Assembly: GCA_039794085.1 (NCBI GenBank)
Contig: JBDIWC010000011.1
Location: forward strand, 28,953-92,952
Length of the DNA stretch: 64,000 bases
Source: Gemmatimonadales bacterium
GTDB lineage: Bacteria; Gemmatimonadota; Gemmatimonadetes; Gemmatimonadales; GWC2-71-9
Direction of reading: 5' to 3'
Shown one piece after another: positions 1 to 10,131 of the stretch. The position numbers and the translations under genes were made by a program. Under the pieces are notes generated by a model. The model made no database searches. It was not told where the DNA came from and saw only the letters and a list, made by a program, of their open reading frames with translations. Position 1 is the stretch's first letter. Every line of letters starts with the position of its first letter.

Positions 1-1
1 G

Positions 2-1201
2 CCGACTGTCACGATCCACACCGCTTGCCCGGGCGGTGACGCCGACAACGGCCAAGTCCGTCGCCGCCTGGTGCGTCAGCACGCCGGTCTCATCGAGGCG
101 ATCGACCACCGAGGGATTGGAGGTGATGCGCCCCATCAGGCTGTCGAGCCCGGTGTGGGTGTCCGACAGCGTCGAGCACAGGTCGTCCAACAGCTCCGCC
201 GTCAGGTCAAGCGCGGTGCCGCCGGGCACGACGAGCCCGCGCAGGAAGCGACTGCCGACGAGCCGCTCATTCAGTTGCTGCAAGCGCTCGCGCAGCACCA
301 GTCCCCTGGCCGTGCCGTAATGGAAGGCAGCCCCCGCACACACATTGCCGATATCGCCAAGGTGATTGTACAACCGCTCAAGTTCGAGGGCGGTCCCCCG
401 CAGCAACCGCGCGCGAACCGGCACCTCAAGCCCGGCGATCTGCTCGAGGGCCTCGGCGTACCCCAACGCGTGCGCCACCGAGCAGACGCCACAGATGCGC
501 TCGGCCACGTAGAAGGCATCGCCGACGGTGAGGCCTTCCATGCGCTTCTCGAGACCGCGATGCGTGTAGAACAGGCGCGCGTCGAGGTGCAGTACGGTCT
601 CGCCAACTGAGGTAAAGCGAAAGTGACCCGGTTCGATGATTCCCGCGTGGATCGGGCCGACCGGAATCTCGAACACGCCTTCGCCCTCGGCGACGAGATG
701 CGGAAACTCCGGCCGCGGCACCATCGGCACGCGTTGGGCGCCCGGGAAGTCCTTCCGCAGTGGAAAGACGCCACTGGGCCAGTCGTCGTGAACCACGAGT
801 GGTCGCAGGTCGGGGTGCCCCACGGGAACGATGCCGAAGAGGTCATGCGCTTCACGTTCGGGCCAGTTCGCCGCCGCTACCCGCGTCGTGAGCGACGGCA
901 CCTCGGGCCGCGTGGCGGCGACGGTCACGAGAAGCGTGACAAACCGATCCGGCGTGCCGGGGACGGTGGGTTCGAAGACGTAGCGCAGCGTCAGGTGGCC
1001 GTTCGGTCTCCCGGTGTCATCGGTGGCCACGACCGTGGCAAGGGCCATGGCCTGCGCGGTCAGGAGCTTCTCCGCCAGGGCCGGAAGATCGTCGGCCGCG
1101 TGGAGCCGCACCGTGAGATCCGGCGCGCGCGGGCCCGCCTCGGCGTCGAGGGCGCCGTGCGCAGTCGCACGCAGGGCGAGGAGGAGCGCCTGATCAGACA
1201 A
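2..1201 (-). CDS. hyfG: Group 4 [NiFe]-hydrogenase large subunit (HyfG/HycE-like NuoC-D fusion), 3' end outside the window
   Basis: Translated by hand because it is absent from the ORF track (runs off the edge). TTG at 1201 overlaps the hyfF stop. Contains [56 protein letters not shown] (L1 CxxC) and ELERLYNHL. Confidence 0.9.
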   Translation of the reverse strand, partial: MSDQALLLALRATAHGALDAEAGPRAPDLTVRLHAADDLPALAEKLLTAQAMALATVVATDDTGRPNGHLTLRYVFEPTVPGTPDRFVTLLVTVAATRPEVPSLTTRVAAANWPEREAHDLFGIVPVGHPDLRPLVVHDDWPSGVFPLRKDFPGAQRVPMVPRPEFPHLVAEGEGVFEIPVGPIHAGIIEPGHFRFTSVGETVLHLDARLFYTHRGLEKRMEGLTVGDAFYVAERICGVCSVAHALGYAEALEQIAGLEVPVRARLLRGTALELERLYNHLGDIGNVCAGAAFHYGTARGLVLRERLQQLNERLVGSRFLRGLVVPGGTALDLTAELLDDLCSTLSDTHTGLDSLMGRITSNPSVVDRLDETGVLTHQAATDLAVVGVTARASGVDRDSR

Positions 1202-2654
1202 CGATGATCGCCGTCGCGCGCCGCAACAGCCCGTCGAGGCCGCCGGGGATTGTCAGGCCAAGCAGCACCATGATCGCGGCGAGCAGCGCCATGGCGAGCA
1301 ACGGGGACACCGCTTCCGGATCACGGGCGGCGGCGGCGGTGGGTTGGCCGAACGTCATGGCGCCCACGTGGTGCAGCAGGCCGGCGAAGATGATGACAAC
1401 CATGGCGAGAAAGATCGCCACGCTCAGCCCGTGCGCCTGACCGATGCCGGCGCGCAGGATCATCAACTCGCTCACGAAGATGGAGAAGGGCGGTACGCCG
1501 GCGAGCGACAGCGCGGCGAGGAGCAACAGAATCCCCCCGACCGGCGCCACGTGGAGCAGGCCGCGAATCACCCGCATGTCTCGTGACCCGTAGCGGGCAA
1601 TCGCCGTGCCCGCAGCGAAGAACGCGAGCGCTTTTGTCACTCCATGGTTGACCACGTGCAGGAGCGCCCCATAGGTGCCAATCGGTCCGCCAAACCCGAG
1701 GCCGAGGGCGATAATGCCGACGTGTTCGACGCTGTGGTACCCCAGCAGGCGTTTGAGGTCGTGTTGGGCCAGGATGAACGGCGTGGCGACAACGACCGAC
1801 AGGAGTCCGAAGACGAGCAGCACCTGCGCCGGGAACGCCGCCCCGCACGCCGCCGCCGCGATCACCTGGAACCGGATGATGCCGAGCATCGCGCATTTGA
1901 TCAGCACGCCGGACAGCAGCGCGGAGACAGGCGTGGCGGCCTGGCTGTGCGCATCGGGCAACCACAGGTGCATGGGGGCGAGCCCGGCCTTCGTGCCGTA
2001 GCCAATAAGGACGAAAATGAAGCCGATTCGGATGATGCCGGGGTCGAGCGTTGACGCGACGGGCACAATGCTCGACCAGTTCATGGTGCCGGGCCCGCCA
2101 TGGGACGCGGCGGCGGCGAAGACGAGCACCGTGCCGAACAACCCGAACGAGATACCGATGGTCGTCACGATGATGTACTTCCAGGCGGCTTCCAGTCCGT
2201 GGTGATGGCCGTGATAGCCGATCAGCACCGCCGACGTGATGGTCGTGCCCTCCATGGCGATCCAGAGCACGCCGAGATTGTCGGCGAGGACGGTCACCAC
2301 CATCGTCGCCACAAACGCGTGCACAAGCGCGAAATACGAACGCAACGCGTCGGCCTTCATGTTGCCCACCGCCACCGCCTGTCGCAGCCAGCCCACGGTG
2401 TACACGGAGACGGCGAGTGTCAGCGTCACGAGGAGGAGCAGGAAGACCAGGCCGAGGTCGTCGATGCGCAGCACCCCAAACGCACGCGGGCCATGCCGCG
2501 CCACCTCGATGGCCAGCAGCACGGCGAGCGCACAAAGCACGGATGACCCGGCGACATCGAGCGCGGACAGGACGCGCCGGTCGCGAGACGAGAGCATCAG
2601 CAGCGCCGTCGCCGTCGGCACGAGCGGCAGAACCCAGAGCAGCGTGGTGGCCAT
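1194..2654 (-). CDS. hyfF: Hydrogenase-4 component F (antiporter-like membrane subunit)
   Basis: Hydrophobic; [42 protein letters not shown]. Confidence 0.9.
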   Translation of the reverse strand: MATTLLWVLPLVPTATALLMLSSRDRRVLSALDVAGSSVLCALAVLLAIEVARHGPRAFGVLRIDDLGLVFLLLLVTLTLAVSVYTVGWLRQAVAVGNMKADALRSYFALVHAFVATMVVTVLADNLGVLWIAMEGTTITSAVLIGYHGHHHGLEAAWKYIIVTTIGISFGLFGTVLVFAAAASHGGPGTMNWSSIVPVASTLDPGIIRIGFIFVLIGYGTKAGLAPMHLWLPDAHSQAATPVSALLSGVLIKCAMLGIIRFQVIAAAACGAAFPAQVLLVFGLLSVVVATPFILAQHDLKRLLGYHSVEHVGIIALGLGFGGPIGTYGALLHVVNHGVTKALAFFAAGTAIARYGSRDMRVIRGLLHVAPVGGILLLLAALSLAGVPPFSIFVSELMILRAGIGQAHGLSVAIFLAMVVIIFAGLLHHVGAMTFGQPTAAAARDPEAVSPLLAMALLAAIMVLLGLTIPGGLDGLLRRATAIIVV

Positions 2655-2657
2655 GCC

Positions 2658-3314
2658 TCAGCCCCGCAGCCGGTCCAGATCAGCGATGTCGGCGTCCACC
2701 GTGGACCGCACCCGGAGCACCATGACCGTCATGACCAGCGCGGCGAGAATGACGTCGAGGATCACGCCAATCTCGATGATGAGCGGCATGCCCGCCGTCA
2801 CCGACATCGCCGTGAAAAAGATGCCGTTCTCCGAGGCAAACAGGCCGACCATCTGCGTCAGGGCCTTGCGGCGCGTGGCCATGACGAGCACGCCGAGCAG
2901 GGTCAGCGCAATGCCCACGGGCAGTGCATTTCCGGTGATGGACTGGCGGACGGAGCCGAGCGAGGCGTTGAGGTGGAAGGCCATGACCACGATGATCACC
3001 GTGATTGTCAGCGTGGCCGTGTTCGGAATCACAGGCTCCACCTCACGCCGGACGTTCATCTGCCGCAGCACCCGGTGCAGCACCCAGGGCAGCAGCATGG
3101 CCTTGATCGCCAGCGTAATGCCGGCAATGACCCACAGGTCGCGGTTGCCGGTGGCCGCGGCGAGCACGGCGCCGGCAATCGCGATAAGCAGCGACTGCGC
3201 GGCAACGGCGTAGATGGCGCGCGCAATCTGCGATGCCGCGATGATGACAATCATCGAGAGCAGCAGCAGCGCGCCAAGGTCATCGATGACGCGGGCGGCG
3301 GTGGCCGGGTTCAC
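2658..3314 (-). CDS. hyfE: Hydrogenase-4 component E
   Basis: 218 aa membrane protein with IKAMLLP, ENGIF and GMPLIIEIG; position between hyfC and hyfF. Confidence 0.85.
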   Translation of the reverse strand: MNPATAARVIDDLGALLLLSMIVIIAASQIARAIYAVAAQSLLIAIAGAVLAAATGNRDLWVIAGITLAIKAMLLPWVLHRVLRQMNVRREVEPVIPNTATLTITVIIVVMAFHLNASLGSVRQSITGNALPVGIALTLLGVLVMATRRKALTQMVGLFASENGIFFTAMSVTAGMPLIIEIGVILDVILAALVMTVMVLRVRSTVDADIADLDRLRG

Positions 3315-4255
3315 AGGATCCTCAGCGCGAGCGCGGTGAGCGCGGAGACGAACCCGATGCCGAGAAAGGCGGGAACGCGGAACAGGCGGAGCTTGGCATA
3401 CGAGGACTCGACGAGCGCCAGGTAGCTTGCCAGCACGACCACCTTTGCCGCGAACGCGACGGCGGCGAGACTGACAACCACCACACCGGTGCCGTGCGAC
3501 AAACCCACGGGGAAAAAGAGCGCCGCGACCAGCCCGAGCGTCACGATCTGTCGCGTGTGCGCGGCGAGCGTGAGGCAGCCCAGCGCGGGACCCGAATGCT
3601 CGAGCAGCATTCCCTCGTGGAGCATCGTCAGTTCAAGATGCGTATCGGGATTGTCCACGGGGATGCGCCCCGTCTCCGCGGGAAGCAGCACCAGTATCGC
3701 GGCGAAGCCGAGAAAATCGGAGGCCCGCCAGGCGAGCAGCCACGTTGTCTCGCGATACGCGGTGAGCGCGTTCACTTCGGTGGTGCCCGCGGCGATTGCC
3801 GTGGAGAACACGACCATGAGCAGGACCGGCTCGACGAGCGGGGCGATGGTCATCTCGCGCGAGGCGCCCATGCCGCCGAAGGCACCGCCGGCGTCGAGCG
3901 CTGCGATCGCCATCAGAAAACGGGCGAGCGAGAGCAGCCCGAGCAGCAGGAGCGCGTCGCCGAACGGGACCGTCGGCGGGTCGGCGCGGAGCACCGGGAG
4001 CAGGGCGCTCGCCGCCACGGTGGCCGCGAGCACCAGCACGGGAATTGCCCGGAACAGGCCCGACGCGGTGTCCGCCTGGACCGTGCCTTTGCGCGCCAGC
4101 TTCGCGAGGTCGCGATACGGCTGGACCACCGACGCGCCCTCGCGGCCCTGGAGCCGGGCCTTGAGCTTCTGGATCACGCCGGTCACGAGCGGTCCGCTCA
4201 CCACGAGCAGCGACATCTCGAGCAGCACGAAGGGGATCGGCGTGCCGTCCCTCAT
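3311..4255 (-). CDS. hyfC: Hydrogenase-4 component C (NuoH/HycD family)
   Basis: KARLQGREG, QPYRDLAKL, GASRE, AETGRIPVDNPDTHLELTMLHE. Confidence 0.9.
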   Translation of the reverse strand: MRDGTPIPFVLLEMSLLVVSGPLVTGVIQKLKARLQGREGASVVQPYRDLAKLARKGTVQADTASGLFRAIPVLVLAATVAASALLPVLRADPPTVPFGDALLLLGLLSLARFLMAIAALDAGGAFGGMGASREMTIAPLVEPVLLMVVFSTAIAAGTTEVNALTAYRETTWLLAWRASDFLGFAAILVLLPAETGRIPVDNPDTHLELTMLHEGMLLEHSGPALGCLTLAAHTRQIVTLGLVAALFFPVGLSHGTGVVVVSLAAVAFAAKVVVLASYLALVESSYAKLRLFRVPAFLGIGFVSALTALALRIL

Positions 4256-6402
4256 TGGGCGCGCACCCCGAACGCGAGGAGTGCGACGAACAGGGCGCCG
4301 AGCACGAAGCCGATATACCCGTAGATCCGTCCCGTGCTCCGGGCGCGAATGATTCGCGCGACATTCGAGACGCCGTGCTGAATGCCGTGGTAGACATGCG
4401 TTTCGGCGAAATCAACGACTTCGCCTTCGTAGTGCAGCCGTCGCAGGACGTACGGAGTCCCCGCCATCTCCCGCGTGACCTCGCGGCGGGGACGGTACAG
4501 CGGGGCGAAGATGAGTCGCAGTGGCTTGGCGAACCCCGTGGCCGTGTAGTCGAAGCGAGCCGTCGGTTCCATGCCACAAGTCCACGTCGGTGCCAGTCGC
4601 CGCGTGACGGCGGGCGCGCGGAGCCGCAACACCCACCCGACGCCGACCAAGCCCATCACGAGCAGGCCGATCAGCGTGGCCATGAAGGTCATCGACATGG
4701 CCGTGGCCGGTGTGCCGAGCGGCGTCAGGCCGGTGGACAGCACCAACGGGCCGTGCGCCGTGACGACGGCACTGGCGCCTGGCCCGTGGAGCAACCCCGC
4801 GGTCGGTGCATCAAGCAATCGTATCGCATACCCGGGCGCCACGCCGAACGCGACGCAAATGGCGGCAAGGAGGGTCATCCCGGCGAGCATCGGCACCGGA
4901 ACCTCAGTGGCTCGCGCGGCCTCCGGTGTCCGTGGCCGGCCGAGAAAGGTGACACCGAACGCCTTGACGAAGCATGCCGCCGCGAGGCCGCCGGTGAGCG
5001 CGAGCATCGCCGCAGCGAACACGATGCCGAGGGCGGCGGGTCCGCTGAGTCGGCTCGCCCCGCCCAACAGCGCCTGAAACGTCAGCCATTCGCTGACGAA
5101 TCCATTCAGGGGGGGAAGCGCCGAAATCGCCACTGCGCCCAGCAGAAAGAGGCCCGCCGTCCACGGCATGCGCCGCGCGAGGCCGCCGAGTGCCTCCATG
5201 TTGCGAACGTGGGTGCGGCTGATCACGGCACCCGCACCGAGGAAGAGAAGGCCCTTGAACGCGGCGTGATTCACGGTGTGCAACAGCGCCGCCGTGAGCG
5301 CGAGCGTGGCCACCGTGCCGCCCGCCGATTCGCGGCGCCAGAACATCATCGCGACTCCCACGCCAATCAGGATGATGCCGATATTCTCCACGCTGTGAAA
5401 GGCGAGCAGTCGCTTGAGGTCGTGCTGCTGCAGCGCGTAGAGCACGCCGAGCACCGCCGACGTCGCTCCCACGGTGAGCACCACCCATCCCCACGACATC
5501 GGGAGTGGCGACTGCGACGGGGCCAGCAGGTCGAAGGCAAATCGCAGCATCCCGTAAATCGCGACCTTCAGCATGACGCCGGACATCAGCGCCGACACGT
5601 GGCTGGGCGCCGCCGGGTGCGCTCGCGGCAGCCAGACGTGCAGCGGGATGACGCCCGCCTTGGTGGCGAAGCCGCCGAACGCCAGGAAGAACAGCGTGGC
5701 GCGCGTGGAGGGGTCGAGCGCGCCGCTCGCCCCGCGCATGGCGACAAAATCGAACGCGCCGGCGCGTTCGGTGAGCGTGAGGAATGCCACCAACAGCAGC
5801 GCGGTTCCACCGTGGGTCATGACCATATAGAGAAGGCCGGCGCGCGCGTTCTCCCCATCCACATCCTCCGACACCACCAGCGCATAGCTTGCCAACGTCA
5901 TGCCTTCCCAGCCAAGCAGGAACGTCATCGCATCGCCTGCGCTGCACACGAGGACCATGCACGCCAGAAAAACGTTGAGCGCCAGCGCCTGCGTGGCCTG
6001 CCGCGCCGGCGACGCATCGGGGGCATGCGTGCGCAGGTACGCCGGGCCGTAGATCGTCGCCGCCATGGCGACCACCGAGATGACCAGCAGGAAATACGCC
6101 GACAACCCGTCAACGGACAGAGACTGTCGGGCAAACGGAAAGAGCGTCGCAAGCGGGAGCGTGAGGTAGCAGTCCGGGCCGGCGAGAAGCACGCCGAGCG
6201 CGACGATCACCCCCAGCGTCCCCCCGAGAAACGCCCACCCGTGGGCGACGCCAAGCGCCAGTCGCCCCGATCGCCAAGCCACCATCGACGAGAGCGCGCC
6301 GGCCGCATAGCAGACCGCCACCACGGTCAGGAGCCGAACCAGAGGTGCGGGAGAACCCGAACCTTGCGTGCACACGCTAATGGCGGAGAACACGATGCTC
6401 AA
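4252..6402 (-). CDS. hyfB: Hydrogenase-4 component B (NuoL-like proton-pumping subunit)
   Basis: KAGVIPLHVWLPRAHPAAPSHVSALMSG, LKRLLAFHSVENIG, PPLNGFVSEW, TWTCG; TTG start uncertain. Confidence 0.9.
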   Translation of the reverse strand: MSIVFSAISVCTQGSGSPAPLVRLLTVVAVCYAAGALSSMVAWRSGRLALGVAHGWAFLGGTLGVIVALGVLLAGPDCYLTLPLATLFPFARQSLSVDGLSAYFLLVISVVAMAATIYGPAYLRTHAPDASPARQATQALALNVFLACMVLVCSAGDAMTFLLGWEGMTLASYALVVSEDVDGENARAGLLYMVMTHGGTALLLVAFLTLTERAGAFDFVAMRGASGALDPSTRATLFFLAFGGFATKAGVIPLHVWLPRAHPAAPSHVSALMSGVMLKVAIYGMLRFAFDLLAPSQSPLPMSWGWVVLTVGATSAVLGVLYALQQHDLKRLLAFHSVENIGIILIGVGVAMMFWRRESAGGTVATLALTAALLHTVNHAAFKGLLFLGAGAVISRTHVRNMEALGGLARRMPWTAGLFLLGAVAISALPPLNGFVSEWLTFQALLGGASRLSGPAALGIVFAAAMLALTGGLAAACFVKAFGVTFLGRPRTPEAARATEVPVPMLAGMTLLAAICVAFGVAPGYAIRLLDAPTAGLLHGPGASAVVTAHGPLVLSTGLTPLGTPATAMSMTFMATLIGLLVMGLVGVGWVLRLRAPAVTRRLAPTWTCGMEPTARFDYTATGFAKPLRLIFAPLYRPRREVTREMAGTPYVLRRLHYEGEVVDFAETHVYHGIQHGVSNVARIIRARSTGRIYGYIGFVLGALFVALLAFGVRAQ

Positions 6403-6481
6403 TGTGCAGCATCATCTGCCGCTTCGCAAGCGGCGTCGGCACCACCGTCCCATGTCGCCCGGGTGCGCTTTGCTGTGATCG

Positions 6482-6693
6482 GTGAAAGGTGTGGCAACTG
6501 GCCCGCTTCGATATCCCCGCCTCCCGAACCGCCCGCGCCACCGCCCGCGGGATCACGGACGCATGAAGATGATGCCGCGGTCGCTCCCCCGAGTCGTGAT
6601 CCCGGTACTGCCGGGTGGCCGGGAAGACCCACTGCCACGGCAGGAGGCCGCCGCATGAGGGTACTTCCGCCCCAAGGCGCCCGGGCAGCTCCA
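6482..6693 (-). pseudogene. intI: Integron integrase, C-terminal fragment
   Basis: Frameshifted ELPGALGRKYPHA..PWQWVFPAT..RHHLHAS..AVREAGISKRASCHTF, the integron-specific insertion region; breaks off in the HxxRH motif and has no catalytic Tyr. Confidence 0.85.
6635..6693 (+). repeat. ~58-bp imperfect direct repeat, copy 1 (copy 2 at 10887-10944)
   Basis: CCACGG-CAGGAGGCCGCCGCATGAGGGTACTTCCGCCCCAAGGCGCCCGGGCAGCTCCA versus CCACGGCCAGGAAGCCACCGCATGAGGGTACTTCCGCCCCAGGGCGCC--GGCAGCTCCA. Confidence 0.9.
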
Positions 6694-6928
6694 ACGATCG
6701 TCAGCGTGCAGATTTGTCGCGACATCTGGGACAGTCAGGCGGGGTGGCACAGTTGGAATGGTAATCAACATCGGATTGCCCGGCGTGGACAATGCAGTGG
6801 GGAGGTCGGGCCTTACCCGATTTCTTGCGATACTACAACCACGACCGTTTCCAGATGGGCATCAACGGACTCACTCCTATGCAGCGACTTGCAATGCCAC
6901 AGGTGAACAACGTCTTCATCAACTACAC

Positions 6929-7894
6929 CTAACGACGCCGTCGCATGGCTTCCGTTGCAATCCAACCGAGAACAGCCAACCGTTGCCCTTCGATATCTGA
7001 GATGGCGTGGATCGATTCCCGCCGCAGCCCCCACTCCATGCGGAGCGCCTCGGCACGTTCAGCTGCGTCCCTCGCTGACCTCGCGTGTGCCTCCTCGCCG
7101 ATGCCTCGGAGCATCTCGGCCACCTTCGTCCGACAGGGACTAAGGGGATCGACATACCGAAGCGCGTCAATGGCCGCCTCGAAGTCACCCACGGCTTGCG
7201 CTGCACGACCCTGCTGTATTGCAGTGCCGCACTGCCACCGGACTCGCTGTGTATAGAGTGTCTTCGCCATCGCCTGGGCGCGGGTGCGGCAACGAGGCGC
7301 TCCCACCGGAACGCCCATGGTCAGGCCGATTGCCGCATCAAAGTCACGCTCGCTTGCCAGCCTCGTTGCGGATGCGAGTACATCCCCACAGTGGATCTCA
7401 AACGCACGAGAGGCCTGTGTCCCGAGCTGCCGGAGCGCGTTGTGCAGGGCTGAGTGGTCATTGGCAATCTGGCTGAGCGCCTGCGACGTTGCCGACGCCA
7501 GGTCCCTCCCATTCCCCGCTTGCGTCAAGCGAGAGGAGGCAACCACGCCTCGTCCCATGGGGTCCAGCAACTCCAGGGTCACGGCAGCCTCGGCCAACTC
7601 CACCGCCCGCATGCCGGCATCCGAGGTTCCCCGGCTCCTGGTGCTGATCCTGAGTTGAAGGAGCAAGGGGGATCCTGCCAGCGAGGCGAGTCCAGCCGCA
7701 GGCATCGCGGCGCGTACACCGTCCTCAACCCACTCGACGGAGGGCCCTGCCACCCCGTCGCCTGTCCGCGTCGCCACGAAGTTCACCGGGATGGGTAGCG
7801 GTTCAGGGGGCGAGACGCCGCCCTGTTGAGCTGTTGCCAGTGACGTGACCAGCAGGAGCATGAGGAATGGAGACATCCAGGTAGAGTGGGTCAT
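6929..7894 (-). CDS. Exported hypothetical protein with helical, Cys-containing TPR-like C-terminal half
   Basis: Signal peptide (LLLVTSLATA-QQ); two similar helical units with C..AxxAA...F(D/E)AAI; start overlaps upstream stop. Confidence 0.7.
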   Translation of the reverse strand: MTHSTWMSPFLMLLLVTSLATAQQGGVSPPEPLPIPVNFVATRTGDGVAGPSVEWVEDGVRAAMPAAGLASLAGSPLLLQLRISTRSRGTSDAGMRAVELAEAAVTLELLDPMGRGVVASSRLTQAGNGRDLASATSQALSQIANDHSALHNALRQLGTQASRAFEIHCGDVLASATRLASERDFDAAIGLTMGVPVGAPRCRTRAQAMAKTLYTQRVRWQCGTAIQQGRAAQAVGDFEAAIDALRYVDPLSPCRTKVAEMLRGIGEEAHARSARDAAERAEALRMEWGLRRESIHAISDIEGQRLAVLGWIATEAMRRRR

Positions 7895-8790
7895 GGAGCC
7901 GTGACCACGATGAATATTGTGTTGCCCTTGAGTTCTCGCGTTACCGAAAGCCCCAGGGAACGCATGTAGCTGGCCAAGGCCGAGCCGAACTGGTTCGTGC
8001 CATAGTACCTGCCCGTCACCGGATCGCGGAGTGGGAGCCGGACATCGTCAAGCAGAATCCGTGTGGCGGTGACGCCCTGCAAGTGGAAGGAGTTGTGGAA
8101 GGCGTTCCCGGAAAACCACGCCTCGAGCAGTTCTGCGTATGAAATCTCCTTGCCAGCGGGGCTGTCCTCGAACGTGGTGCGAGCGGTTTGCTTCACGCTG
8201 ATGTCCACCAGCACGGAGCGGCCCTCCTCCAGCATCGCACTGAACTTTGCCTGCATCGTGTTGAGCATCTCATCTGCGGCGCTGTCCACGGCACGCTGGA
8301 TAAGCTGATCATCCGGTGCGCCGTAGAACCGTCCAGAGTTCCCGATCTTGTTCGCCAGCGAGGTTCCCGTTGATGCCTCATAGGCGGCCATGATGACCAA
8401 CGCACTGTTGCCCTGCGGCGAGGGGGAGACACTGTTCTCCACCTCGACATAGATGTCGGCGCCACTGAACTGGATGATCTGCTCTCGGACATCGGACTGG
8501 CTGTTGCTGGTGAAAAGACCGATTTCGTTCGCAGCCTTCAATCGGCCGACGAAGTCGACCGTACTGAAGCCTCGACGGTCGAAGGTCTCCTTGACCTTTG
8601 TCGCCGCAATCCGCAGTCCGATGTCGGCGTCGAGCACGGTCCGGATGTCCTGTCCCTCCCTGACCCGAGGGATGACCATGATTCTGGGTTGGACGGTCGC
8701 CGAGGACCCGGAAGGCGCACGCGTTGACACCTGCGCCATGAGCGGAGCAGCCACGAGGCACAGCAGCATTGGAAGCAGTGATTTGGTCAT
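7891..8790 (-). CDS. Exported protein resembling the DUF6175 family
   Basis: Signal peptide; QPRIMVIP, FDRRGFSTVDF, GADIYVEV, AYEASTGTSLANK recalled as DUF6175-like; translationally coupled. Confidence 0.65.
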   Translation of the reverse strand: MTKSLLPMLLCLVAAPLMAQVSTRAPSGSSATVQPRIMVIPRVREGQDIRTVLDADIGLRIAATKVKETFDRRGFSTVDFVGRLKAANEIGLFTSNSQSDVREQIIQFSGADIYVEVENSVSPSPQGNSALVIMAAYEASTGTSLANKIGNSGRFYGAPDDQLIQRAVDSAADEMLNTMQAKFSAMLEEGRSVLVDISVKQTARTTFEDSPAGKEISYAELLEAWFSGNAFHNSFHLQGVTATRILLDDVRLPLRDPVTGRYYGTNQFGSALASYMRSLGLSVTRELKGNTIFIVVTAP

Positions 8791-9257
8791 GGCAGTCCGA
8801 ACCTCCGTGCAAGTCCGTTGCGTTCAAGCCAGGCCCGCAGGCCGGCGAGGTCGATCCGGAACAGCGTGCCTCCATCGGTGGCTTCTGTCTGTTGGAGGAC
8901 GTACTGCAGCCCATCACGTCCCCGCAGTAACTGGAGAGCCCCAGACGGGTTCCTCCGTGCACCGACGGGATCGGCGAGCATGGCAGCGGACTGCGGAGAC
9001 TCCGGCACTCCGACAAACAGCAGCCGGTCGAGTGCCCCCAAGACGAGGGTGTCCCTCGGTGCATCACAGCCCACGCCGCTTGCAACGAAGCGCCCGATGC
9101 CATCGGCGCCAGCACCCGCGCCCTGGACAATCACCTGGGTTCGATCGCACGGCGGGACGACCGGAACCGGGTCAGGTTCCGCTTGCCTGCTGCCCGCACA
9201 GGCGGCGGAAGCGAGCAGAAAGGCCAGCATGGTGAGCGATCTAACGCGCAACGGCAT
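8787..9257 (-). CDS. Hypothetical lipoprotein
   Basis: Lipobox-like LASAAC; ALDRLLFVGVPES; overlaps both neighbours. Confidence 0.65.
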   Translation of the reverse strand: MPLRVRSLTMLAFLLASAACAGSRQAEPDPVPVVPPCDRTQVIVQGAGAGADGIGRFVASGVGCDAPRDTLVLGALDRLLFVGVPESPQSAAMLADPVGARRNPSGALQLLRGRDGLQYVLQQTEATDGGTLFRIDLAGLRAWLERNGLARRFGLP

Positions 9258-10131
9258 AGACCGTCACTCCCAACCCAATCCGCTGGGCGACGACCTTGGC
9301 CCCGGTCTTCATGAGGCCAAGCGAAAGTTCATCACCCTCCAATTTCGTGATCTCCAGCGCCCCCAGCGCCTTCTCCCGCGTGACGGTACGCTCCCCGACC
9401 TTGATCTCCGACAGCTCGATGACGACCAGGCTCTGCTTGGGTCGTGCACCAAGATTGCGCCCACCGTCGATCAGGAAGGTTGCCTGATTGGAATCTACTG
9501 AGATGCTCTCGACCTGCACGAGGGAGAATCGTGCGGGGAAGGCCTCCCGAAAGAATCCATCAAGCGCCTCCGTGGAGTTCTTGACGGCGGCACTGATCGC
9601 ATCTTCCGGCGTCGTGTGCGCCGTGACTGCCCTGCGAAGCATCCCGCCCAGTCCCTTCTTCCCTCCGGAGTTCGCGTCAGCCGAGATGACGGAGGAACTC
9701 TTGACCTCCTGAGAGGCCACGTCGATGAGGCGGATGCTGACGGTCAGGTTGGCCTTGTAGCCGAGGCTCCCATCGGTCAGCCGCTCTTCGCTCAGCCCTA
9801 GCTTGTCGACATTGGCCGTCACGACGAGTTCAGCTCCCAAAGATTGGCCCTGGGCCGCCAGAGACTGACTGTTGATGAAGTCAAGGGTCTTCTGCACCTC
9901 GCGTTCACTGGATACCTTGTCGGCTTGGGTTCGGTCGATCACCCTGATCCTGCCAAGACCACCCATTGTCTTGGCGAGAAGGCCCTCGAAGGAACGGGCA
10001 GCGTACCTGTCGGCATCTCCAGCCACAGTGGTTGAAATGGGCAGAATGGCCACAGCTGACTTGCCACTTTGTGCTTGAAGCGGGGCCAGCACGAGCGCTG
10101 TTGCGCCGAAGGCCCTAATGATTGACGGCAT
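9241..10131 (-). CDS. CsgG/HfaB-like exported protein with FlgT-like C-terminal beta domain
   Basis: Signal peptide; AVAILP, RIRVIDRTQADKVSSERE, GAELVVTANV, IRLIDVAS, IDGGRNLG. Confidence 0.7.
   Translation of the reverse strand: MPSIIRAFGATALVLAPLQAQSGKSAVAILPISTTVAGDADRYAARSFEGLLAKTMGGLGRIRVIDRTQADKVSSEREVQKTLDFINSQSLAAQGQSLGAELVVTANVDKLGLSEERLTDGSLGYKANLTVSIRLIDVASQEVKSSSVISADANSGGKKGLGGMLRRAVTAHTTPEDAISAAVKNSTEALDGFFREAFPARFSLVQVESISVDSNQATFLIDGGRNLGARPKQSLVVIELSEIKVGERTVTREKALGALEITKLEGDELSLGLMKTGAKVVAQRIGLGVTVYAVAR

Noticed and set aside
4255..6906. Long antisense or alternate-frame ORFs (e.g. 4255-6906 +, 20448-22160 +, 31778-33397 +, 50466-52034 -)
   Set aside because: Shadow ORFs of real genes in high-GC DNA; no recognisable motifs
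9241..10131. Curli biogenesis operon
   Set aside because: No csgA/B/E/F-like genes; only a CsgG-like domain
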